This document shows, piece after piece, positions 11,176 to 21,145 of a stretch of DNA of 64,000 bases. The position numbers were made by a program, and so were the translations under genes. Source of the DNA: Paramoeba atlantica (Eukaryota; Protista; Discosea); the NCBI GenBank assembly GCA_977017575.1, contig CDRNVI010000164.1, positions 248,001 through 312,000 of the forward strand. Direction: 5' to 3'. Below the pieces are notes generated by a model. It worked only from the letters and a program-made list of their open reading frames with translations. It was not told the origin of the DNA and searched no databases. The first letter of the stretch is position 1; every line of letters begins with the position of its first letter.

Positions 11176-11658
11176 CTAAAATCTGATCAAATTTTCAACT
11201 ACCCAAGATGGTTTTGAGGGTTTTGAAGAAAAGAAAAGAGTATAGATAATCGGAACTGATGCAACCAAGGATATGAGGAGCACAGCCCCTCCTCGAAGTT
11301 GATAACCATCAGGAGGTTTTTCAGGAGGTGATGAAGAAGGTGGGGCGTTTCTTTTTGCAATTAAATTCGATAAAATAAAATTTTTTGGGAGTGATGAAAC
11401 TCCTTTTGTTATTGGGCAAGGTAATCGGCAATGAGGACAAAGAATTCTGAAAGAAAAGTCAGTGGAAAGAAAAAAGTGAACCAAAAATAAAAAAAGAAAC
11501 ACAAACATTATCGGGGAACCGGCTGACAACTGTTCAAGACACCCCAAACAGAAAGTGTGAAGACAAGGTAATGCTCTTGGATCTTTATATTCTTCACAAC
11601 AAATCGCACATTCAAACTCTTCTTCGAAGTTAGCGTGATTAGGTGAACCTTCAGCCAT
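11176..11658 (-). CDS. Small C3HC4 RING E3 ligase with C-terminal transmembrane helix
   Basis: CAICCEEYKDPRALPCLHTFCLGC...ILCPHCR, LPKNFIL; in-frame intron at about 11447-11506; hydrophobic GGAVLLISLVASVPIIYTLFF near the C-terminus. Confidence 0.8.
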   Translation of the reverse strand: MAEGSPNHANFEEEFECAICCEEYKDPRALPCLHTFCLGCLEQLSAGSPIMFVFLFLFLVHFFLSTDFSFRILCPHCRLPCPITKGVSSLPKNFILSNLIAKRNAPPSSSPPEKPPDGYQLRGGAVLLISLVASVPIIYTLFFSSKPSKPSWVVENLIRF

Positions 11659-12099
11659 TCAACATAAATGTTACCACTCTTGGTATTTGTGTTGCGAGTT
11701 GTTTAACTTGAAAAGACTCTCAAGACCAATTCTTTCAGATATAAATCGATTGAAAAGTAGGCGAGATTGAGATGGTGTAGGTAGATTTGTTTGAACTCTC
11801 GTGTGTATTTGTGTTAGACTTGTGGTGGTGGTGTGTTTGGTTTGTCCGCTCCGGCAAGTCAAAAACAACGATAAAAAATCAACGAAGCTGCGTTTTCGTT
11901 GATTGTGTTTTCGCTGATCCCCCACAGATTTTCCTGGAAATAAGACAAAGCGGTTTTTGCTCAGTGGTTTGTTTTTTTATTTATTATTATTGGTTCTTTG
12001 TTTTTGAAAAGGACAATGTCATCCAAAAGAAAAGTTATCGAATGATCTTTTGTTTGCAAAAAATCCAAATTTCTTGTTTTTTTTGGCTTTGACTTTTGG

Positions 12100-13113
12100 C
12101 TACCTTTTCTTTCGGAATTTCGTATTTGTGGCACGTTTACTTTTAGGAGAGATTGGAGAGTCATGAATTAGGAATTTCAATTGCTCATAACAACCCCAGA
12201 ACTGATTTACAGCAAAATCATACATTCTTTGATCTCTCTGAAGAAGAGGACTCTTTTCTTTTAACACATTTTCAGTCTCGGTTGCGTTCTGAAGTTCTTG
12301 ACAAGTCAGTTCATTCTTTGTTGCCTGATTTATGTGTCGCAACTTTCGAAATTCTTCTGGAGCACCTTGGAAAAAGTCTGGAAACAGGATTGCTAATAAT
12401 TGAACAGACTTTTCGAATTCTTCTGTGATTCCACAAAAATAATATTCCTGCAAATGTTTCATGGCAATCTCCACTTGCTTTTCTGGTCCTAACCGATGTT
12501 TTACAGCCAAATTGTCCCATTCTGGAACTTTTTCAGTACAACCAGGATCATCTTCTGGTCCACAAAAATAAATATACTCTGAGCGAGGGTGATTGAAACA
12601 TTGTGTCCAGTTTGGGTTCAACACACAGGAAGAGAAAGATTGAGTTCCCCAGTATCGTCGAATGTTTCCTCGAATTCTCTTATCAGGGAGGTAACGAGAG
12701 TAGCAATAGTGACTGGAAATCCTTGAAAATGGTTTTCGTATCACGTTGATGTACGCAATTCGTGTATCTTCAATGTTGGGAAAGTTGAAGTGATTTGAGA
12801 TGACAGCACGTTCTGATCTTTTGAGAGCTTCTGTAATAGCTTTTCGGATGATATCGGGATCGTGGTAAGGTCCTTTCGGTTCGATGTATCGAAATTTGTT
12901 TGCAACAGAAAGCTTCTTGATTAGATAGGACAACGAACTGCTTCCTGTCTTTCCGATTCGATTGTAGATGATTATTTGAGGGTGGTTGTTTGTTGATAAA
13001 CAAATATTTGGAAGTTGGCTAATCAGATTATCGATTGTGGAGTTGAAAGGGGATCCTACCTCTCCTCCAACACTCAGGAAAAGGAGGAAAGAAAAAAAAT
13101 CATGCGAGAACAT
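12100..13113 (-). CDS. Golgi-type sulfotransferase, heparan sulfate 2-O/uronyl 2-O-sulfotransferase-like (start uncertain)
   Basis: 5'-PSB IIYNRIGKTGSSS, 3'-PB YINVIRKPFSRISSHYCY, YYFCGITEEFEKSVQLL; first ATG at 13113 precedes a hydrophobic stretch. Confidence 0.75.
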   Translation of the reverse strand: MFSHDFFSFLLFLSVGGEVGSPFNSTIDNLISQLPNICLSTNNHPQIIIYNRIGKTGSSSLSYLIKKLSVANKFRYIEPKGPYHDPDIIRKAITEALKRSERAVISNHFNFPNIEDTRIAYINVIRKPFSRISSHYCYSRYLPDKRIRGNIRRYWGTQSFSSCVLNPNWTQCFNHPRSEYIYFCGPEDDPGCTEKVPEWDNLAVKHRLGPEKQVEIAMKHLQEYYFCGITEEFEKSVQLLAILFPDFFQGAPEEFRKLRHINQATKNELTCQELQNATETENVLKEKSPLLQRDQRMYDFAVNQFWGCYEQLKFLIHDSPISPKSKRATNTKFRKKR

Positions 13114-13301
13114 CAAACCAAAACCAAAACCTGAAAACAAAAACCGGGCAAGTGAAAGACGAGTAGGATTTTTATTTTTATCTTTTATTATTTTTCGTAC
13201 AATAATATTTTTAAAAATACTCAATACTTTTCATCAAGGGAGCAAGGGTATTCCGTTTCTCTTTCTTTCTTCGCTGTCCCAAGAACACATTTTCTTTTGA
13301 A

Positions 13302-13634
13302 ATGCAAAGAAGAACCACTCCACGTCAAATCGAAAGAGAAGGGAGATTCTTCGATCCACCTGAAGAAGATGACCCAAAAGATTCGGAGGATGGTCCCTGC
13401 AAGGGAAAGGGTGTGAGCATTCTCATTACAAAGAAATTTGCAATGTTTGTGGCCTTTCTTATGGTCATCACAGTGGACATCACTGTCCTGTTGGAGGTGA
13501 TCAAATTTTCACTGTTCTTGGGAATTTCGAGAGTTTGTCTTTTTGCTCTTTTTCGATTTGACCTTGTTTTTCTTTTTTGACTTCATTTTTTTTTAATTTT
13601 AGGTATCAATGTTAAACCAGCCAAACGGAATTGA
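13302..13634 (+). pseudogene. Frameshifted paralog of the adjacent small Cys/His-rich gene (or homopolymer sequencing error)
   Basis: Aligns to 13820-14155 only if one G is restored in AAGGGTGT at about 13408-13412, giving CKGKGCEHSHYKEICNVCGLSYGHHSGHHCPVG; same intron position and KPAKRN ending. Confidence 0.65.
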
Positions 13635-13819
13635 AAGAAGAACAGAACAAAAACAAGAAGTTTTTCTCTTTTTCAATGAAAAAGGAGAGAGGGATTCTTA
13701 TTTGTTTATTGGTTATCATTTTGCTAAAATTTTTCATAAAAAAGGAACAAGATTTTTTCGGAATTTCTTCAGAAAGTTCTCTTCGTTTTCTTCCTTAAAG
13801 ACCACATTTTGTTTTTCAA

Positions 13820-14155
13820 ATGAACAAAAGAACCAATCCACTCCAAATCGAAAGAAACGGGAGATTCTACAATCCACCCGAAATGGATGATCCAAAAGAT
13901 GAGGCGGATGGACTTTGTAAAGGGGAAGGGTGTAAACACACTCATTTCAAAGAAGTTTGCAGTGTTTGTGGACTTTCTTATGGTAATCATAGTGGACATT
14001 ATTGTCCTGTTGGACCTCCAGGTCGTAAAATTTATACTGTTCTTGGGAATTTCAAAAGTTTTGTATTTTTCTCTTCTTTTGATGACTCGTTTCTCCTTTT
14101 TAAATTCATGTTTTGTATTTTAGAACCCAATATCAAACCCGCCAAACGAAATTAA
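13820..14155 (+). CDS. Small Cys/His-rich putative metal-binding protein, 2 exons
   Basis: MNKRTNPLQIERNGRFYNPP..CKGEGCKHTHFKEVCSVCGLSYGNHSGHYCPVG..KPAKRN; supported by conservation with the tandem paralog. Confidence 0.7.
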   Translation: MNKRTNPLQIERNGRFYNPPEMDDPKDEADGLCKGEGCKHTHFKEVCSVCGLSYGNHSGHYCPVGPPGRKIYTVLGNFKSFVFFSSFDDSFLLFKFMFCILEPNIKPAKRN

Positions 14156-14502
14156 AAGAAAAGAATGAAACATTTGAAACGAGAAAAGACCTTTCTCTCT
14201 TTCAGTCATGAAGAGAGAAAAGTTTCTCCTTATTCCCCAGATAATAAAACAATCTCAGAGTTCTCAACTTTTGTCAAAGAACTTTTCCTTTCTTTTCTTT
14301 TGGTTTTTGCGAAAGAATGATTTGCTGACGTCAGCTGGCCCAAAACGACTTTTTTCAAAGGGCAAAAGGAAAAGGGAAAAGAAAGAGAAGACTGGAAGAG
14401 AGGAAAGAAGAATAGAAAGAGGAAAGAAGGTCAGTTTCAGGGGACAGTTAAGAAAAGAAAAGAGAAAAAAAAACTATCTTTGAGGAAGAAGAAGAAAAAA
14501 AG

Positions 14503-17320
14503 ATGGATTTTTTGGGCGCTGGAAGAAAGAGAAGTGCAGCGGAGTTGGGATCAATGGAAGAAGAACCAGGAATGAAAGATTTTATGTACATTACTCCTCT
14601 TGGTGCTGGTAATGAAGTTGGGAGGAGCTGTATTTTCATGGAATATAGGTTTTGATTTTGATTTTTGTTTTTTTTTTGATTTTTGTTTTTGTTTTGTTTT
14701 TTTCTCTCTTTGTTGTCTGTTGGGGGCAAAAAGGAAAGAAGAAGAAGAACTCAGAAGGAAAGATTTTATGGATGTTACTCTTCTTGGTGTTGGTAATGAA
14801 GTTGGGAGAAGTTGTATTTTTCTTGGAATGGAGGGATTACTTTGAGTCTTTTTCTTCTTTCTTCTCTCTTCTCTCTTCTCTCTTCTCTCTCTTCTCTCTT
14901 TTCTCTTTCTCTTTTTGGGTCAATGGGTCAAGAAGAAAGAGATGATACTCCTCTTGGTAATGACAATAAAGTTGAAAAGGGTTATATTTTTCTTAATTAT
15001 CTGTATTGATGTTCTCTTTATTTTCTTTTGCTTTGATTCTCGATTTCTCTTCGTGATCAATGGAAGAAGAACCAGAATCGGTTGTGAGAAAGTGTTCTTT
15101 TCCTTCTTCTTTCTCTTTTTTTTTCCCATATTGGCGAGAAATAGAATTTTTTTTTATTCTTTTTTTTATTCTTTATTCCCTTCTCCTCTCTCTTCTTCTC
15201 AACATAAAAAAAAACACTCCAGAGACAAAAGAATCATGCTCGATTGCGGAATCCACCCAGCATACAACAACATGAGAGGATTACCATATTTTGATCACAT
15301 CGATCCATCAACAATTGATCTTCTTTTGATCTCTCATTTTCATTTGGATCATTGTGCTGCTCTTCCTTATTTTTTGGAGAGGACTTCTTTTAAGGGGAGG
15401 GTTTTTATGACTCATCCGACCAAGGCGATTTATAAGATGATTTTGAGTGATTATATTAAGGTTTTTTTTTTTTTCTTTCTTTCTTTCTTTAATTTGATTA
15501 GTTCTTTTAATGTTTATTTGTGATCGAAAAATATTATTTAATTAAAGAAAATGTTTAAATTGTTTCGTTAATAACAAACAAGAGAAAACAACTCTTTTTT
15601 CAAAAAATCTTATTTAATATTTCATGATTTAATTCCTTAATCATTCTCATAATCTTTCCCCCTTACAACAAACAAAACAAAAAAAAACAAAACCAAAAAA
15701 AAAACAAAACCAAAAAAAACAAAAACAAAACCAAAAAAAAAAAGGTGAGCAACATCAACGTGGAAGACATGCTCTACGACGAAAAACATCTCTTGGCAAG
15801 TATGGAGAAGATTGAGACCATTAATTATCATCAGGAGATGTCTCATAATGGCATTAAGTTTTGGTGTTATAATGCTGGTTTTTTTTTTTTTGATTTGGAT
15901 TTTTTTGATTTGGATTTTTTTTTGATTTTGATTTTTTGGTTTTGATTTTTTGATTTGGATTTTTTTTTTGTTTTTTTTTTTGGTTTTTTTTGGATTTTTT
16001 TTTGTTTTAGTGATTTTTTTTTATTTTTCTTTTTTTTTCTTTTCTTTTTTGGAAGCAAAAAAGTTGTTGGAGAAGGTGTGATCATTGTCAAGAGAACAAT
16101 TCTCTTTCTTTTCTCTTCTAATTCCTTCTTCCTCTCTCTTCTCCCCTTCCTCTCTCATCTCTCTCTCAGGACATGTGTTAGGAGCAGCGATGTTTATGAT
16201 CGAAATTAATGGAGTGAGAGTGTTGTATACTGGGGATTTTTCTCGACAAGAAGATCGCCATTTGATGGCAGGTTTTTTTATTTATTTAATTTTTTTAAAA
16301 TATTTTTTTTTAATTTTTTTTTTAAATTTTTTTTAATATTTTTTTATTGTTCATTTAAAAAATTCTCTCTTTTTCTTTTTCATTGTGAAAATTATTTCGA
16401 ATTAATTCTTTTTCCTCATTCTCTAAATTCTCAAATCAAAAAGCGGAAACACCATCAATTCGACCAGATGTTTTGATTTGTGAATCAACTTATGGTGTTC
16501 AAATTCATGAACCAAAACCAGATCGAGAAGCACGATTTTGTCGGTTTTTTTCTATTTTTTTCTGTTTTTTTTTATTTTTCTTTTTATTCTTTTTTTGTTT
16601 TTATTTGTTTTTCTTTTTTTTTTTTCCTCTTTTCTTTTTCTGATTTTATTTTTAGACTTGTTCACGATATTATTGAGAGAGGAGGGAGGTGTCTTATTCC
16701 TGTTTTTGCGTTAGGGAGAGCCCAAGGTTTTTTTTTTTCTTTCTCTCCTTTCCTTTCTTTTCTGACGCTTTTCTTCTTTCTCTTTTTCGACAGAGCTTCT
16801 CTTAATTTTAGATGAGTATTGGGATGGTCACCCCGAACTTCAAGATATCCCCATTTATTATGGTTTTTATTTCTTTCTTTTTGTTTTTGTTTTTTGTTTT
16901 TTTTTGAGTTTGTTTTTTGGGATGTTTTTTGTGGGTTTGTTTAAAAACAAAATTTACTTGTAAACTCTATCAATATATTAATAAATCAAAAAATAATTCT
17001 AAATCCATTTCTTTCTCCTAAAAACCAAACAAAAAACCAAACCAAACAACAAAACAAAACAACAAAACAACAAAACAAAAAAACAAAAAAACAAAAAAAC
17101 AAAAAAACAAAAAACAAAACAACAAAACAAAAACAACAGGAAGTGCGCTTGCACAAAGATGCATGTCCGTGTACCAAACATACATCAACATGATGAATGA
17201 AAGAATTCGATCTCAATTTGCCATTTCGAATCCTTTTTTGTTTAAACATATTTCGAATTTGACGAGTATTGAACATTTTGATGATTCTGGTCCTTCTGTT
17301 GTTATGGCTTCTCCTGGTTC

Positions 17321-17352
<32 letters not shown>

Positions 17353-19696
17353 TCTCTCTCTTTCTTGTCTCTTTCTTGTCTCTTGTCTCTTTCTTTCTCT
17401 TTTTTTGCCTCTTTTCTTGTCTGTTTTTTTGGAGGAGAGAACATTTTAAGAGTATTGAACATTTTGATGATGCTGGTCCTTCTGTTGTTATGGCTTCTCC
17501 TAGTTCCTTCTCCTCTCTTCTTCTTTCTCTTTCTCTTTCTTCTTTATTGTCTCTTTCTTGCCTCTTTCTTTCTATTTTTTGTCTTTTTTTTGTCTTTTTT
17601 CTTTTAAATTTGATAAATAACAACTATTTTTCGAATCATTCAATAATTTTTGACCATTCATTTTTAGGAATGTTACAAAATGGGATGTCGAGAGAGTTGT
17701 TTGAAAAATGGTGTACTCGAAAACAAAATGGAGGTTCTCTCTCTTTCATTCATTTTTTTTTTGAATTTTTTATGATTTTTTCTATATTTTTCTTTTTTTA
17801 TTCAATTAAGTCTTCTTTCTTTTTTATTAATTCTTTTAAAACTTGGTTCATATTTTCTTTCTCCCTTCTCTTCTCTTCTTCTCTCTTTTCAATAGTTGTA
17901 ATCCCGGGTTATTGTGTCGAAGGAACACTTGCCAAACATGTCATGTCTGAGCCAGAGACAATCACAACAATGAGTGGTTTGGATTCTCTCTCTCTCTCTT
18001 CTCTCTCTCTTCTCTTTCTCTCTTCTCTTTCTCTCTTCTCTCTCATCTCTTTCCACCTTTAACCCTTCCCCCTTCCTCTCTCTCTCTCTCTTTCTCTTTT
18101 CTTTCACAGGGATGGAAGTAACACTAAAAATGTCAGTGAGATATATTTCTTTCTCTGCACATTCTGATTTTAAACAAACTCGAGAATTTGTTGATTTGTT
18201 GGAACCTCCTTATATTGTTCTTGTTCATGGTGATGCCAATGAGATGAATCGTTTGAAGAATGCTGTATTTATTTGTTTATTTGTTTATTTATTTGTTTAT
18301 TTGTTTATTTGTTTGTTTATTTGTTTATTTATATATTTATTTGTTTATTTATTTATTTGTTTGTTTATTTGTTTATTTATTTGTTTATTTGTTTATTTAT
18401 TTGTTTGTTTGTTTGTTGATTTGTTGAACCTCCTTATATTGTTCTTGTTCATGGTGATGCCAATGAGATGAATCGTTTGAAGAATGCTGTATTAATTTAA
18501 TTTTATTTGTTTATTTATTTATTTATTTGTTTATTTGTTTGTTTATTTGTTTATTTGTTTGTTTAATTTGTTTATTTATTTATTTATTTGTTTATTTGTT
18601 TATTTGTTTATTTGTTTGTTTGTTGATTTGTTGGAACCTCCTTATATTGTTCTTGTTCATGGTGATGCCAATGAGATGAATCGTTTGAAGAATGCTGTAT
18701 TTATTTGTTTATTTGTTTATTTATTTGTTTATTTGTTTATTTGTTTGTTTATTTGTTTATTTATATATTTATTTATTTATTTATTTATTTATTTGTTTAT
18801 TTGTTTATTTATTTGTTTATTTGTTTATTTATTTGTTTGTTTGTTTGTTGATTTGTTGGAACCTCCTTATATTGTTCTTGTTCATGGTGATGCCAATGAG
18901 ATGAACCGTTTGAAGAATGCTGTATTAATTTTATATTATTTGTTTATTTGTTAATTTGTTTGTTTTTATTTATTTATTTGTTTGTTTGTTGATTTGTTGA
19001 ACCTCCTTATATTGTTCTTGTTCATGGTGATGCGAATGAGATAAATTGTTTGAAGAATAGGATTTATTTTATTTCTTATTTGTTGAGTCTCTTCTGTTCT
19101 TGTTTTCTCTCTTTTCTTTTCACTCACAATACCAAAATAGTTAACACTCCGATATGAAGGAAAAGATGTCGAAATTCTCACGCCTAAAAATTGTACTTCT
19201 GTTTCACTTGAATTTAAAGCAACAAAAATTGCAAAAACAGTTTGTTTTCATATCTTTGTTTCAAAAGAGGAAGAGATAAAAACATTTATTTCTTTAAAAA
19301 TTTTAATAATAAATAAAAGGGATCAATAAAGGAAGAAAATAAAGAAAATAAATAAAATAAATAAAATAAATAAAATAAATAAAATAAATAAAATAAATAA
19401 AATAAAATAAAATAAAAACAAAATAAAACAAAATAAAACAAAACAAAATAAAACAAAACAAAACAAAATAAAATAAATATTAAAATAAATAAAAACAGGT
19501 GGGAGATCTAGCAGCAGAAGAACCAACAGAAAAAGGAGAAATAGAAGGATATGTTGTCCAAAAAGATTTTGGAAATCCGATTCTTCTTGCTCCTGCTGAT
19601 TTGGATATTTATACTAATTTGAATAGTACTGTTATTACTCAGAGACAGGTTTTTTTTTATTTTTTTATTTATTTTTTTATTTATTTATTTTTTTGT

Positions 19697-19735
<39 letters not shown>

Positions 19736-20827
19736 TTATTTACTATTTATTATTTATTTTATTTATTTTATTTATTTTATTTATTTTATTTTATCGATAA
19801 TAGAAGAAAGAGTTGGAAATTATAGATCAACAATAATAAAAAAAATAATAAATAATTTTAAATAATCAATAATATTAAATCATAAAATAAACAGGTGGTG
19901 CCATTCAATTTACCACTATCAACTCTGCAAACAGTCCTAGAATCAATGTATGAATATGTTGAAGCGGATGAAGAAGAAGAAGAAGATGGTAATATTAAAG
20001 CTCATATTATTGTTCATCAGGAAATTAAAATTTCTCAGGTTTTTTTTATTTTATTTTTATTTTATTGTATTTATATGTTTTTTGTTTATTTGTTTAGAAC
20101 TTATCTTTATTTGTTTATTATTTGTTTGTTTATTTTCTTTTCTTTTCTTTTTTTTTTTTGGTTGAAAAATAAATTGAAGTTAAGAAATTTAATTTTTGTT
20201 TCAAAGTTGAAAGGAAAAGTGGACAATATCACACTTGAGTGGGATAGTTCAATTATGAATGACATGTTGGCCGATTCTATTCTCACCCTTGTTGCTCAAG
20301 TTTCTTTTTTCTTTTTCTTTCTCTCTCTCTCTCTTTATTAAATGGGTTCACTTATTTTATCTTTTTTTTATTCAAAAAAACAGCTCCAATCAACTCCTTT
20401 AGAAAATTCAAATCACCGATGTAGCCACTCAAAACACCACGTCAAAGGAGAAAAAGAAACAGAAAAAGAAGAAGAAGAAGAACTCAAAGAACTCGAACAA
20501 GGAGAAGAAGAAATCCAATTCCTCAGCGAAGAAGAAAAAAAAGAACAAGAAAGAAGAAATTTAATCCTCAAAATTCTCCGCCCACAATTCAAAGAAATCA
20601 AATGGGACGACAAATACAAACAAATTCTCATTGCAAAAGGACCAAGTTCTAAAATTGCTCGATATTCTACAACTGAGACAACACTTGAAGAAGAAGAAGA
20701 AGGTGAATTAGAGTTTGGAGAAAGGGGAATTGATTCGAAAAAGATTAAGGATGGAGATGACGAGTTGGCGAATGCTTTGCAGAGAGCGTATCTTCGCGCG
20801 AGGATGGCTGTTTATCCGATGGCTTAA
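14503..20827 (+). CDS. CPSF3: Cleavage and polyadenylation specificity factor 73 kDa endonuclease, many exons
   Basis: [121 protein letters not shown]. Confidence 0.95.
14745..15085 (+). repeat. Three degenerate copies of parts of CPSF3 exon 1 inside intron 1
   Basis: About 14745-14835 ([20 protein letters not shown]), about 14920-15000 ([16 protein letters not shown]) and about 15055-15085 (GATCAATGGAAGAAGAACCAG) versus exon 1 at 14550-14648. Confidence 0.8.
17449..17505 (+). repeat. Intronic copy of CPSF3 exon end [16 protein letters not shown]
   Basis: GAGTATTGAACATTTTGATGATGCTGGTCCTTCTGTTGTTATGGCTTCTCCT is a near-exact copy of about 17263-17315. Confidence 0.9.
18188..19060 (+). repeat. 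Five-copy tandem array of about 78 bp CPSF3 exon end plus donor, separated by TTTA/TTTG microsatellite
   Basis: TTGTTGATTTGTTGGAACCTCC...GAAGAATGCTGTA at about 18188, 18414, 18620, 18846 and 18986; copies 2 and 5 lack one G; copy 5 is more diverged. Confidence 0.95.
19340..19800. repeat. (AAAAT/AAAAC)n and (TTTA)n microsatellite tracts in CPSF3 introns
   Basis: Seen directly at about 19340-19495 and 19650-19795. Confidence 0.9.
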
Positions 20828-20865
20828 CGAGAAGAGAGAGAAGAGAGAAGAGAGAGAAGAGAGAG

Positions 20866-20960
20866 GGGAGTTTGGAGAGAGGGGTATTGATTCAAAAAAG
20901 ATTAAGGTTGGAGATGAGGGGTTACAAGGAGCTTATCGTTGTGCGAGGATGGTCTACTGA
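20866..20960 (+). repeat. Degenerate copy of the CPSF3 C-terminal coding sequence just after the stop codon
   Basis: Translates as [31 protein letters not shown] versus [36 protein letters not shown] at 20708-20815. Confidence 0.85.
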
Positions 20961-21145
20961 TGACTGAATGAGGAGAGATGAGAAGAGAGAAGAGGAATTG
21001 ATTTGCGAAAAAAATTAAAATATGAGATATCAAAGAAATCAAAAGAATAAATAAATCATTGAAATCAACCTTCTTTGATTGTCGCAATATTAAATAAGCT
21101 TGACGAATCTTCTCATACAATTTGAATCTCAAGGAAGAATCAAAA

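Noticed and set aside
18188-19060. Repeat-spacer pattern resembling a CRISPR array
   Set aside because: The repeats are about 78 bp copies of a CPSF3 exon, the spacers are simple TTTA/TTTG microsatellite, and there are no cas genes; the context is eukaryotic.
14600-20340. Numerous 60-300 aa Phe/Leu- or Lys/Arg-rich ORFs on both strands (also common elsewhere in the window)
   Set aside because: These are translations of T-rich introns and microsatellites, often opened at TTG/GTG; there is no support for them as genes.
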